A stretch of DNA of 64,000 nucleotides from NCBI GenBank assembly GCA_951804945.1, contig OX638154.1, positions 67,642,001 through 67,706,000 of the forward strand, read 5' to 3'. The DNA is from Podarcis cretensis (Eukaryota). A program made the translations under genes and the position numbers. Position 1 is the stretch's first letter. Each line of letters starts with the position of its first letter. The notes under the pieces were generated by a model. It did not search any database. It was not told where the DNA came from and saw only the letters and a list, made by a program, of their open reading frames with translations. Positions 13,226 through 26,345 of the stretch are shown here, in pieces.

Positions 13226-14409
13226 ACACTGTACACCAGCTCCGTCCTTGCTAAGAAAGTGAAAAATGCACTCTGTCTTCTGCTTTTCAGATTGGGCCAC
13301 AGTAGGGATTCTCTTAGACCACAGGGCAGCTTGTATAAAAGAAACACTTTTCAGTACTGCTGACACTGTTAGAAAGCTTACTGAAGCAATTGAAGGCAGA
13401 ACCATTTCCCCAAGAATCCATGTATGAAGGTCAGTTACCACCTTGACTTTCTCACTGATTCAAAGAAACAGTGAGGGGGGGAGGGGATATGCTCTCTCGC
13501 TGAACCAGCTATGACATAAATCCCTCAGCATAATCATTCTATTTGTACAGGCAAGCACTTGTCTTCCTGTGTAGTTTGCTGCTTGATTCTTAAACTTATA
13601 CTGGAACACAGGTAACTGTGAAGACACTCCAGCCCAATAATTGGTTGATCACTACATCGTGCTAATGAACTTCTCAGAGACCTCTGGCTGAACTGAATGG
13701 CCTTTTGACCTGATTTAGCAGGCCATGTCTTCTGTGGATATTGTCATTCCAGAAAAACTGTAGCCTGGTTCAGTTATTTCAAAATTGTATTTGTGGAGGG
13801 TCCTGCTTGTTCCACCTTGGCCTTCAGGAAGGTCTGAAGGAGGTTTGTAACTAAGTGTGTGTAGCTCAACAAGGCTACAGTCCTCCTATAACCACAGGTT
13901 CCTGATCTCAGGGAGCACTGTTACTGCATTTAATCTCCCCTTTCAGACCTGTCTGCTCAGCTAGGGTAACTTGAGAATGTAGGGGGACAAGTTTTGCACT
14001 CAGAGCCCACAACCCCTCCATGGATTCAATGCCTGAAAAGCGCATGCTGTTCAACCTGGCCTTTAATATCCCTTTATGTTTAAGAATCACTTTTAACGTT
14101 ATGAATTTCCTCTTCTAATTCCCACAGGGGGAGGGGAATATAAAAACTACCTATTCTTAGTATCGCAATAGGAGGATCAAGCTGAGAAGCTTTCTTCAGA
14201 TGCAGTTTTTCTGCCTGAGAAATAGATTTATCTGTGCAGTCATGGTGCATGGCAACCCCCATGCCGTTTTGGACACTTCTTCCTACATGGAAGTGTTACC
14301 GGAACTTCACAGCCTTTTGAAGCAGCTCTTAAGATTTTGAAGTGGATCTGACATCTTCACTGCCTTACTTTCAGGCGGGTCAGTGCCATTAATATAAATG
14401 AATTCATTA

Positions 14410-14512
14410 CATTGTAAGCTTGGGGGCAGATGGGTCCTTCTTTATCTTTCGTCTATCTATAGCGCCTAGTATAGTGTAGGTGCCTTATAAATACTAAATG
14501 ATAGTGATAATT
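14410..14512 (+). mobile_element. Ancient L2-type 3' terminus
   Basis: TGTAAGCTTGGGGGCAG...TAGCGCCTAGTATAGTGTAGGTGCCTTATAAATA resembles the conserved amniote L2 3' end. Confidence 0.5.
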
Positions 14513-16653
14513 ACTCCATTGGTGTAAGATGAATATATTCAGATTTATACTAGTGCTAGAAGTGATTTAGTTCACCTTCATTTATCTTCCTTTTTTAAAA
14601 AAATATGATTGCATTAATAGACTGTTACAGAAGCACATATACTAGCTGGTCTATAGCTTGACATTTTTCATATGAGCAACCCTGCTGAAATTAATAAGGA
14701 AGATGAACAGGGTCTAGGCCCAAGGCCTATTAAATGTTATTATGCAGTAGATTTTTTAAAAGTAATAATTACATTTCTTTGTACTGATGTACTATTACAC
14801 TTCTTAAGTCTTTAAATGGTGTGTGTGCGCTCAGCGTACACACACAAGCACACACAAAGATTCTCGCTTTTACAACACAAAAGGAAGAAGACATATGACT
14901 GAGAAATATTGAAGAGGCTGATTGTGTTGAAAACAGAAATCTCCAGCACTGCTTAAATTCCTTTTACTTCCATGGAAGCTGTAATTTTGCAATTTTATGA
15001 ACAAGCCCCACCGAACTCAGTGTGGCTTAATTCTGAATAGACGTGTATAGAACTGAGTAGACATGGATAGCAAAAACCTGTAATGGAAGTGTTTGCTGAT
15101 GCACTAGTTTGTCTGTTTTATAATGCAATTCTGCACCAAAGGTGTGCATTTCAATTTTAAAACATGCAAATGGGTGACTTGGACTGCCTTTGGGCATACC
15201 TATTAATGCAAAACTAGCTTATGAGTAAAACAATACCATAATAAACATTTGCTCTGACTAGCTCACATCTGTGCTGACAACTTTAGATTGAATGCTCATT
15301 TCAAACTGAATGTGAGCAACTTACTGAGGCTATAGACTTTTCCAAGGCTAAATAAAGCATTAGGAAACATGCCAGATTTAGCTTCCTCTTTCAAGAATGT
15401 GATGCCCTGAAGGAGACCTTTCAGTTGAATTTGCTAAGTATAAATCCTGTTATTTGATTAATTGTAACACGATGTTGAAAAAAATATATTATGCAGATAG
15501 TCCTGTAGCAAGGTTCATCATATCACATAAAGATTACGATAAAATATGAAGTCTTTGAAGATTTGCCAGTTTCTCTGGTTTGACTTCGACACCAGGTTGG
15601 CTGCCCCTGAATTAGAACTTAAAACATTTGTGGTACTTATTTATTCCCACTACTGGTGAGACTTGCTCCAAAGAGTCAGTTTCCTGCTTTTGGGGGGGTT
15701 GGACTGATGTAGATGTAGTGGAAAATGCCTGGTTAAATGCCAGGGTGTTTGCTTCAATAACTGGGGGAATCAGATGATAGACACAAACTAGTGCATTCAT
15801 GTACACTATTGAAGAGCTAACATCACATTCCAGTTCTTGATGCTCAGGCTGTATATTAATGGAAGCAGCTGAGCTACACAGATTTAGGTATCCCATGGTA
15901 AGTGCTGTCAGAGGTGGCATCTGACACATCAAAACCCATCGTTTCCTTCCTGGCCCTTGAGGAATTTTATGGAGTTAACTAGAAAAAGAATCTGAAATAG
16001 GTAAAAAAAAACAAGATGTGATTGATACACATAGTATTTATACGCATTGCTATTGCTTTCTAAAACACCCTCATAATTCCCTGTTCATGGTACACCTGAG
16101 CATTTGCAGATCCCAGTTAATAACATCTTTATTTATTTCTCTGTGCAGCAATTTACTGGTTTTCATATCAAATATCAACAGCCTGAAAGCAAACAATGTG
16201 CGAAATGCAAATGTTATATTTGATCTATGTTTTGTGGGTCAAGTGGCACAGCTACTTGATGATATTAAAAGTCTCAAAGCTGTGTAGTTGTTCATTAACA
16301 CTTTTGATATATTAGCGGCCAAATACCATTTCCTAATTGACAGGTACCTCTGCTGCCTGTCTTAGAAGGCAAACACATACTAATCATTTTAAGAAAAACC
16401 TGCCTAGCAGATGAAGTGCACAGACTGACATTCACATCCAAAAATTTTGAGCAGTGACCTTTATGACTCTGTTTTCCGCAAGCAATTAATAGCACCGAAT
16501 TGGTTTTGCCACTACTATTTTCATGGTGTGAGTTATAGTAAAGATCTTTGTTATTACAAAGTAATGGAAGAAATATGTATGCACAGATACGGCTTTGAGC
16601 ACAGAACCAAATGTTTATCGACACACTTTGCAAGAGCAGAATAACTTCCACAT

Positions 16654-17244
16654 TTTTGTTGTTGTTTAGTCGTTTAGTCGTGTCCGACTCTTCGTGACCC
16701 CATGGACCAGAGAACGCCAGGCACTCCTGTCCTCCACTGCCCCCTGCAGCTTGGTCAGACTCATGCTGGTAACCTCGAAAACACTATCCAACCATCTCAT
16801 CCTCTGTCGCCCCCTTCTCCTTGTGCCCTCCATCTTTCCCAACATCAGGGTCTTCTCCAGGGAGTCTTCTCTTCTCATGAGGTGGCCAAAGTACTGGAGC
16901 CTCAGCTTCACAATCTGTCCTTCCAGTGAGCACTCAGGGCTGATTTCCTTCAGAATGGAGAGGTTTGATCTTCTTGCAGTCCATGGGACTCTCAAGAGTC
17001 TCCTCCAGCACCATAATTCAAAAGCATCAATTCTTCGGCGATCAGCCTTCTTTATGGTCCAGCTCTCACTTCCATACATCACTACTGGGAAAACCATAGC
17101 TTTAACTATACGGACCTTTGTTGGCAAGGTGATGTCTCTACTTCTCAAGATGCTGTCTAGGCCTGTCATTGCCCTTCTCCCAAGAAGCAGGCGTCTTTTA
17201 ATTTCGTGGCTGCTGTCACCATCTGCAGTGATCATGGAGCCCAA
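16654..17244 (-). mobile_element. 5'-truncated Bov-B (RTE clade) LINE, 3' end
   Basis: Open frame 16666-17253 encodes the Bov-B ORF C-terminus (LGSMITADGDSSHEIKRRLLLGR...DAFELWCWRRLLRVPWTARRSN...HGVTKSRTRLND). (CAA)n tail at the left end. TTCCACAT occurs at both 16646-16653 and 17248-17255 (probable TSD). Confidence 0.96.
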
Positions 17245-18063
17245 CTGTTCCACATAGGTATGTCAATATGTATTTTTTCTTACATACTTGCAGTTAGCTA
17301 GGCCTGTGATGTGACTGTGTGTAGCGAAACACCTACACTTTGACCACTCAGGAAATTACTGCTACTACTATTAGTGTGCAGTACTAAAGCTGCTGTTAAG
17401 TAGTTTAGTGGCAGAGCACTTTCAGTTGTAAGAATGAAGGTCAACCATCATACTCGCGCTTGGTTCGTAATGCAGAAATGCTTTCCAGTTGAGATTGTTT
17501 GGGCCCTTGTGATTAGCTTTCTATAGGTTTTCCTCAGGTTCATCTCTGCTGATGCATTTGAGATTTGCTCTTTAAAGATAATTTGTGTTCTCCTCAAGCT
17601 CTTTGATGTGGCTTTCGCCATTGTTCTAAGGAAATCGTTCCATCAATGCAAACTTTTCCGTTTGCCAAGCAGAATGATCTCCTCTTTCTTCCTGCCATGC
17701 ACTGTTCTAGGGGTTCTCCGACCCTCCAGAGTGAATTTGAGAGAGGCAGGATCATGTAGGATGGGGGAAGCCCTATTGTGATAGCAAGGGTTCTTGTGCT
17801 GGCTTCCACTAACAGAACCAATAGGTCTACTGAGGGGGACATATGTCCCTGCCCCACTGACAGCATGTGCATTGGTCCTGCCCACACCTCCTATCCCTGA
17901 GTTTGGCCAGGTTATACAAGGGCAAACCCTTCAGCAGTTAGGTTTCTCCTTTATGTGGAATAACTCAACATACCAATGTGCATTGGTAGCTGCGTAGAGC
18001 CGCTTCACATACCAGCTGAATGTGCAGACAGTGATAAGCATGGGGCAGGAGGTAGGGCTAGCC

Positions 18064-18199
18064 CAGTGTGCTTCAACCTTGGTTCCTCAAGTGTGATTAA
18101 ACTACAACTCCTGTCGTACCTGGCCACTGGCTAAGCTGGCTAGGGGTAATGGCCGCTGCAGTCCAATAACAAATAGGGACCCAGGTTTGGAGAACAGTG
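18064..18199. mobile_element. hAT-type MITE, 136 bp, decayed
   Basis: CAGTG...AACCTTGG / CCAGGTT...CAGTG ends, internal ACTACAACTCC motif, 8-bp TSD GGCTAGCC/GGCTAGCT. Confidence 0.75.
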
Positions 18200-19324
18200 G
18201 GCTAGCTTACATAGCTGCACAATGATGCTGAACCACGGCTCATAGGTTCATAGCTATTATGGGTGGTCGACTTTGAATCACCACCTTTTCTTTCTTCTGT
18301 GGCAGCATCACACATCCATCTTTGGATATACACCTCTTCGAGTTCTCTCCAGTGTTTTCTGTTGTTGTGCTTGCTGCATCCACCTAAGGCTGACGTTAAT
18401 TTTAGATATTCCATCCCTTGGTCTTTTAAAATTGTAGGTTTTCCACACTAGCCGTGCTTTATTACTTCTATTTGTATATCATTCTCTTCTTTAAACATTA
18501 GTCTTAGCTAGAGCCATCTTCAGCCCACTGACCTCAGGTAAAATACTGTGTGCCAATATTAATTTCAGTTCCACATATTACATTGCCCATCACACAAGAC
18601 TTTGTTTACTTTTCCACCTACTTACTTTGGCCACTTTCCCATTGAATTATTCTCAAACTCCTGAAATGGTTAAGATAACCATTACAGTTCTTCATTTGGG
18701 ATGTTATTTGTGAAGGGAACCCAGAAGAAATTTTTACTGAAAGTTGTCCAAGGTAAGTAGAACAAAGCCACCGTCACAATTTCCTGTCTGCTTGATTGAT
18801 TTTCACGAGTGACATACTAACTACTTTCTGTGAAAGTTAAAAGAGAACTTTTAAACAGCATTTCTTCATGTTTTATAGCCTATTTATATCAGTCAAGAAG
18901 AGAGGGGCAGGGTGGAAGGAGGCAAGTCTTTCATTTTCAGTGTAGATTGAAGCTTCTAAGCTGCGATTGAAGTAAAAAAAGTTCAAATAAAGACATTCAT
19001 ACACACACACTTACTGCTCTTAGTGTGAAGGATCTGAGGCATGGGACATCTGAGAGCTTAAAGGGTATTCACATGACCGCATTGTCTGCTACAATCATTA
19101 GCACAAGGCACAATCCAACATGTTCTGAGAAATAGCGGATGATTAATGGCCTCAAAACAGGATTGCAGGAATCGCACAAAGGTCTTCTACCTCTTCATAA
19201 TCCACACACACACACAAACAAACAAACAAACAAGACCCAGTTTCCCCCTAGATGACAGTATTGTTTTCTGAAACCCATGGCAGTTTAATTTATGATGGCA
19301 TCTGAAATATTACTGAATTCAGAA

Positions 19325-19406
19325 TGCAGTCCTATACCTACCTACCTGTGAATAAGTCTGATTGAATTCAATGGTACTTACTCTTGAGTGGAGATGTATA
19401 GGATTT
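19325..19406. repeat. Short (~80 bp) palindromic interspersed repeat
   Basis: TCCTATAC...TAAGT..ATTGAATTCAAT..ACTTA...GTATAGGA foldback; related copies near 47852-47930 and 14995-15055. Confidence 0.6.
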
Positions 19407-20176
19407 TTTTAGGGTGGGGAAGAAAGGAAGAAGAAGCCCCATTGTGAAAGCTGAACTTTGGCAAATGAGGCACTGGATGAAATCAATTTGATTTATATGG
19501 AGAGGTAGCTTAGTGATCAGAGCAGATGGAAGGACTAAATGCCACAGCAGGTTCTGGACCAGTGACTACTTGGTTGGAGATTCCACCAACTCTGGCCAAA
19601 GAGAAAAGATCTCAGACAAGACAGAAGTCTACAGCATCCATTTGGCATCTCCTGACATCTAACATCTAATATATGTTTCAAAGCCCATAAAGAAGCATTT
19701 AAACCAGATATCAAAAACCAGGAACATTAGAATAACAAAGAAATTAGAAGCAGTCCAGCAGTCAGGAAGCTCCCCTCAGCTGTGACCCTTCTCTCAACTT
19801 TGCCTGCCCCATATCCCTTTATCATTTTCTTTTTTTTCTTCATTTGACATCATTTCATCTCCTGCTTCACATCCTCAGATGCATTTAACTGTTGCCATGG
19901 CACATTTTTATGCTTGCTTCCCTTGGATCCCAGGGCCTGTTGATTTTACTCAGTGTTACTTTTTTCTCTGCCTCTGTCACACAAACACCCTGCTGCTGCT
20001 GCTGCTGACTCTGTATGAAGACACCTCCAATAACACATTTCAGAGACTCATCTTTCCTTGAACTATTTGTTTACAGATTTGAGCCATCACAAACTGATGT
20101 GTTTCTGGTTGCACCCTGATTTAGTCAAACTTCCTTAGGGAAGGTATTCCAGTCACCAAGGGATGAAAGAAAAGAA

Positions 20177-21200
20177 AATCATAGAATTGTAGAATTGTAG
20201 AGTTGGAAAGGACCCCGAGGAACAGCTAGTCCAACCCCATACAATGCAAGAATGTCAACAAAAGTATCCACAACTGATGGCCATCCAAGCTCTGCTTAAA
20301 AACCTCTAATGAAGGAGAGTCCACCCCACCCCCCTGAAGGAGTCCATTCTACTGCTGAATAGCTCTTACCATCAGAAAGTTCTTCCTAATATTTAGTTGG
20401 AATCTCTTTTCTTGTAACTTGAAGACCCGTAATATCCTTTTCAAATGTACTGCTGGTAAGTCAGGTTTCCCTCATCTTATATTTTTGCAGCTGGCTCTTC
20501 CTGCCTAAGTGTAGAACCCTACATTTGCCCCTATCAAAATTCTTCTTCTTCTTCTTCTTCTTCTTCTTCTTCTTCTTCTGGCCCAGTTCTCCAATCCGTT
20601 AAGGTCATCTTGATCCCAATTCTGTCTTCTGCAGTATTAGCTACCCATCCCAGTTTGGTGTCATCTGCAAATCTGATTAGCCGCCCCTCAATACCTTCAT
20701 CCAAATCTAAATGAAAGATGGTGAACAACAATAGGCGCTGAACACAACCCTGTGACACCCCACTTGCCACTTTTTCACTGGGTTCAGTCAGTCAACCAGC
20801 TACATATCCACCTAACAGTAACCTTGCCCAGCCCACATTCTACCAGCTTCTCCACAACAATAGTATGGAGGACCTCTGTCAAAAGCATTATTGAAATCAA
20901 GACATGCTATATCCACAACATTTCCCTGATCCACCAAGCTTGTAATCAGGTTTGCAATACTCTTAGCAAACACATTCTTGCCAGCTGCTGTGAGGCGCAA
21001 CCCATCTATCACCAGAAGTCCTCCCTCAAGGAAGCAGAGTCCATGGTCCAAGAAGCCAAACCCTTTCTGATGACACCACCTATATAGCTAGTGGTTTACT
21101 TCCAGTATTTCCCCCTTTCTTCCTGATGAAAAGACCACCTGTGCCCCATGGACCTTCAGCTGCTTGCCCAGAGTCTCATAGTGCCTTGCTATATGTCAAA
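20177..21200 (-). mobile_element. Multiply deleted CR1 LINE (ORF1 esterase C-terminus, RT pieces and 3' end)
   Basis: ATTCTAYR-type terminal repeats at 20177-20201. Minus-strand peptides RFQLNIRKNFL, KCRVLHLGRK, SGVSQG, RFADDTKLG and VDIACLDFNNAFD (ORF2), and GAQVVFSS and GFGFLDHG...DGLRLTAAGKNVFAKSIANLI (ORF1 SGNH esterase). Right boundary approximate. Confidence 0.88.
20539..20579. repeat. (TTC)n microsatellite inside the CR1 RT remnant
   Basis: Direct reading; reads as poly-Glu on the CR1 strand. Confidence 0.95.
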
Positions 21201-21269
21201 GGTTGTGTCTGGCAGTATTGTTTGTATGCACATGAATCAGAAGGAAGGAGTTGTGGTCAGTGGGCTTTA

Positions 21270-21630
21270 TAAGATTTGAGGAGTTTGGTTTGATTCACAT
21301 TTTAATGTGAACCTCCTTAATTTGCACTCCCCAAGGCAATATGCAAACCAAAATGCAGCTATGTTTCAAAACTATCTGAATATTGCATTTCACCAACCAA
21401 ATAATGTGTGGGGGGGAGAGAGAGATAAAAAATGCATACATTAAACAAAATAATGCATTGTGCTAGAGAAATTTGCTTGGAAAATGTATATATTAGGAGA
21501 AATGTGCAATAAAAAACTGACTGATTTTCACGAGGTCTACAAACTCTTATAGAAACGTGATGAATTGACTTGAAGGTTGGAAAGATGGGAAAATAAGAGA
21601 AACCGAAATTGACAGATTTGTCCATCTCTA
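21270..21630. mobile_element. AT-rich non-autonomous hAT-like element (partial)
   Basis: Right end AAACCGAAATTGACAGATTTGTCCATCTCTA (TAG(G/A)GATG-type terminus) with an AAAATG/TGCA-rich interior; left end decayed. Confidence 0.5.
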
Positions 21631-22480
21631 CTTTCAAAGACACAGCAGTCTTTCTACTAGTGCCAGGCATTTTAAACCTGTGTTACACACCACCCTGTAA
21701 TCCATAAGGATGAAGGCTGGTTTAGAAAATTTTATAATAAAATGAACAAAACTTCTTATTGCAACTGTTTCCCCGCACCTCAGGACAATGGCTAGCAGTT
21801 TCTGTGACTCTCCCTGTACCCTCGCCCCCTAGAGAAAATTGTTTTCCATAAACAAAGTCAAGCAAGGCATTTAAATTGTTTTGTTTCCGTAGTGAAAGTG
21901 ATGCTAAATAATTAGGGCACTGATTATCTTTTTCAAACATGGCACACTCTGTAGTAAACCTGCTGAAATACACTGGCGATTGTCACAGCTAATTACCTTT
22001 TGATTTGAAATATGCACAAGTGAGTGGGAATAGAAAAGCAACTGCGCTGAATAGTTAGTCACCATATCAGGCTTTCCCAAACAACATTTAATCCAATTCA
22101 TCTCAAACTGGTACAAGTGAAAGGTATCGTGGGATTAACCAGATCTGCCAAGATAAGAGCTCTGCTCTCTGCATTTAGCTTGGTAATGCATAGGTGAAGG
22201 AAGAGAGGCAAACCTTTGAGCGAACAGGTTGCTTAGAGCAGCTGCTGGGTGCTTTGCCCTTTTCAAATGCACTCTGAATAAAAATGAAAACCACACTACT
22301 TGTTTTTGGCCATTAGATAGCATTATCTGTATGGAATGCCAATTCATATCTCCTCATGCTATGTGTAGTTCTCACATATGGGATTTTAATAACCTTCATG
22401 CTGTGCTATGAATTTGTGAGTGGGCCCAACAGAGGAAAAGCACCACAGGACTTCTATTTTTTCATTATTGCTCCTTGGGA

Positions 22481-22482
22481 GA

Positions 22483-22520
<38 letters not shown>
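22481..22520. repeat. (AG)n microsatellite
   Basis: Direct reading. Confidence 0.95.
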
Positions 22521-22523
<3 letters not shown>

Positions 22524-23011
22524 AAAGGGGTGGCTGTGGCATTTCTGCAATGATCGTGTGGCAGAATTCATATTATTTCTGCTGCCAGAGCACCCTCGCT
22601 GCTAGTAAAGTTGGGATTAGCACAGTTTTATTTGCAATTTATTTTGCATCCTGGATAAATTATTTTTCACAATCTTCCATACCAATCTTATGATGTCACA
22701 GTTGCTGCTTTCCTCTTCTGATTGCATTTTCTGTATATGGCTGTATCCCCACAATGTAATACATGTCACATCCTGATCTCGTACTGAATATATCCTTTTA
22801 ACCATGACTTCCTGTTTCCCAGTCTAGGTGCATGCCTTTATGACTGATGGCCGTAGGGTTGTTTCGTTGACTTTTGCTTTAATATAGACAGAACTCTTCA
22901 TGCTAGCTATGCAATAACATACATTCTTGGTGGGAATTTGGTGTATGATTCAACAATGAGCATTGACTTTCCACATTTGCAAATAAGGAGTTGTTCCACA
23001 ATGTTTCTTTG

Positions 23012-23827
23012 TGAGTCAAGGCCCCGCTCCACGCTTGGTGATGAAATAAGGTACATGGACACAAGTATTTAGGTTAATGGGCTAAAAAAGGCCACAACTT
23101 TATTGGTGACAGAATGTGAGTGGTATTGGCTTAGGCATTGGATCTGAACAGACTAAACTTGACTCCTGCCTGCTCTGCTGGGAGTCACACAAGGGTTAAC
23201 AACCTGTAGGGGGAGCTTGTGGATGCAAATCAACTGGAAACTTTCCCCTAGAGTTACCAGAGGGTCATGCCATGGCCCTAGCCACCACCTGAGCATTGGA
23301 CAGGAACCACGACCACCGGATTCCTTTAACAGAATACCCTTCAAGGGGAGGGATAGGTGATGGCCACAACACACAACGCAATTTCCTCCCCTCCAACACA
23401 CAACACATTTTCCAATGCCTAACCGCCAAACCTTACAAAGTTGTAACAATTTGCTACGAGGTAGGCAAAAAACCAAGTGGCTGGTGCCAATCTGCCAAGT
23501 GGAAAAAATTCCTACCAGGCCCCTTTGACAATCAAGGCAACCAACCAAAGTCCATAGCAAGGTCAGGAGCTGAAGCAAAACCTAGAGGGAGGGCAGGAGG
23601 CTGATCCATGGAAGCTGGAAAAGCAAGGGAGAGCTCACGAGCCCACGGCTGTTTAAATCCAGCTAAACCATGCCCCGCCCCCCCAGTGAGCCGGATTGGC
23701 TGGCTGAGGGGCATGACGCGGGCCCAGGGCTCCAATGACACAGGAAGCCTAGCCACACCCCCTGTGACCGCAGGAAGCGATTCCTGCTCACAACCCCTCC
23801 CCTCTGGGAAGAGGAGAGGCTTACTCA
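23012..23827 (-). mobile_element. Solo LTR, 816 bp, 4-bp TSD, antisense to the host gene
   Basis: Termini TGAGTCAAG...CTTACTCA (TG...CA, imperfect inverted repeat). TTTG is duplicated at 23008-23011 and 23828-23831. On the minus strand: CCAAT (23695-23699), GC box (23673-23681), TTTAAA (23652-23657) and AATAAA (23099-23104), in promoter-to-polyA order. Confidence 0.85.
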
Positions 23828-25285
23828 TTTGGAAAAAGCATTGCAGTTACTTGCAGCCAAAATACGTGATACTTTAAATGTATGTTTGCATCTAATTGCT
23901 ATTTTAATGTAGTTTTGTTGTGGGACAGCTAACCTGTAGTCCTTGCGATGTTGCGTACCTCTGGCTCCTATCAGCCCCAGAGAGCATGGTCAGGAAAAGC
24001 CAGCTTTTGGGGGGGGGGGGCTGTCATTGCTGTTTACTGGATATATCAGGAGCACGGCAGAGGTGAGGTCAGAGTGACTCATGCACTGCACGGGAGTGCC
24101 AGGCAGTGCCCCAATGTCCCTTCACCTCACCCACTGCCAAGTCCCTTCCCAGTCAGTAATGAAATGGAGTATCTTTGCAAAGTCTGACTATTTTAAGCTA
24201 GTCAAGTCCCAAAAAGATCAGAAGCCCACCTCACACATACTCCTGCTGAGATGTAACAAGTGACTCCTGTCTGTACTTTCCAGAAACAGTTGAAGACATA
24301 TTTATTTTTGACAAGTTTTTCCAGTTGGATGAAAATATCCCCACCTCGGATATTCATTTTCTACTGTTTTAGACCCTATCTTCAGCTATTTTTTGTACTT
24401 TTTTGATCTGTTTTTATAATGCACTTTAAAATTATCTTGACACACATGTGGGTGTGTCACCCACCCACCCACCCACACTTCCTTTTCTGTAACATCGATA
24501 GCTCCAGTGTGTATGGAAGCTCCACATCCAAGCTTGAATTTTTGTCAGAGATTTCTTATTTGTTTATTATTATTATTATTATTTATTATTCTCAGGAGGG
24601 AGAAATTCATTGTGTTTTACTCCCCTTAGAGTCCGCAGTTTTTTAGATAATGAGGATGTAAGATGAAACATGGCTTACAAAAAAAGAAGAAGCCAGTAAT
24701 AAAGCAGCAATAGAACAGTTTTTAAGGGCTTACTGGTTGTTTATACATTTTCCTTTCAAATCAACCTCCCACAGATTCATTTTGGCGCTTTGCCTAACTT
24801 CAGGGTGAAATTGTTTTTGCTCCATTATTTACAGAGAATCAGCCATCATTTAGGACTTCACGGTTGTCACCCGTTTTGCACATTACAGCTACTCAGAGCT
24901 CTGTGGAGGCATTGTGGCATAACGCAGATCCTCCCATCCAAATGGGAGGCCCAAAGGAGATTGCTTTGAAGGAGAGTCTGCTAACTTTTAGTAGCAAAGT
25001 CCAAGCAGAGACTATGAACCAAAACACTGTTCTTTATCAGGACATACTATATCTTCCCTCTGAATAACTGTATCTCATAGCTTAATTTGTTATGGGCGTA
25101 GTGCAAATCTGTGACTAAGTATGAATACAGAGGACCTCAGATAAGGTAACATTGCGTAACATTGAATGTTATTGTTATATGCTACCTTTTGGGACATCTT
25201 TTCATTAGAAAGGTAGGTGCTGGATAAATATTATCATAAATAAATCCAGTACATAGGAAGCTGGCAGCAGGTATTTTTGATAAAG

Positions 25286-25688
25286 TTATTATTATTATTT
25301 ATTAAATTTGTATTCTGCCCTATACCCGTAGATTTCAGGGTAATTCACAACATAAAATCACAATACAAAAAAACACAAAATACACAATAAAAACAAAGAC
25401 AATCCAATAACTCCCCACTTTCATGACATATTTGAAAGAGGCATTGGATGTCAATCAGCCAAAGGCCTGGTTACAGAGGAATGTTTTCATCTGGCACCTA
25501 AAGGTGTATAATGAAGTCCCCAGTTTAACTTCCCTGAGGAGAGCATTCCACAAATGGGGAGCCACTGCTTGTGGAGGAGGCACAAGAGATCAGGAGATGA
25601 TCTCAGGGTCCAGGTAGGTTCATATGGAGATAGGCAGTCCTTGAGGTATTGCGGTCCTGAGACGTTTAAGGCTTTATAGGTCAAAACC
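25286..25688 (-). mobile_element. L2 LINE 3' fragment
   Basis: Minus-strand TYKALNVSGPQYLKDCLSPYEPTWTLRSS (L2 ORF2 C-terminal signature) followed by 3' UTR and (TAA)n tail. Confidence 0.85.
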
Positions 25689-26345
25689 TCCTCCTCCTGG
25701 TACTTTTAAGCCCTGGGAGGTGGTAGTGGAGGTGTGGAGTGTCTCAGCAAGCACAAGTACAAGATGACTGAACAGATGGCTGTCCCAATGCACAAACAGG
25801 TTCCAGGCTTTGCAGTCCTGTGTTTGTATGGAACTGGCTGTGCCATGCTTTGACTACTGCCTCCTGGTGCTTCAAATAATCCATGCCATCTGCCAGTTTC
25901 TATAGCAACTAGCATTTCCTTCCTAGAGAACTATCTCATTGGCTGGCCCTGAGTGCCAGTCATAGTGCCCAAGCTGTGTTGAGTATTGACCCTATGTTCT
26001 GCCTATAATTTTAATTACATGTTTTTGCACATGTAAATGAACAGTCACATCTGGAATGTCTTGTATGAATTGACAACAGTAGGCAACCATCTTTCACTAT
26101 TATTTCCTGAAAAATCATTCCAGTTAGCCCATTTCCTACAAGTAATGGTGAGGTGTGATCCTACAAAATAGTTTACTTTGGGGGTAGGTGGATGTAAGGA
26201 CCACAAGTTTCACTCCCACAGCCCTACCATATTTAATGCCTCTGAGGCTAAGTGTGGCTTGGCTCTTAGCATTTATAAATGTGAATTTCCTCATGCATAA
26301 CACTTTCAACTGTTAAGTTAAATACAATAGGGCAGATACATAGTA

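Noticed and set aside
16694-17257. 187-aa plus-strand ORF
   Set aside because: Antisense shadow of the Bov-B ORF.
17594-17997. Overlapping ORFs that might be a decayed retroelement or exon
   Set aside because: No motif I can assign and no convincing splice sites.
23153-23877. Cluster of 89-141-aa ORFs as viral accessory genes
   Set aside because: All lie within the GC-rich solo LTR, mostly lack ATG starts, and show no gag/pol/env motifs.
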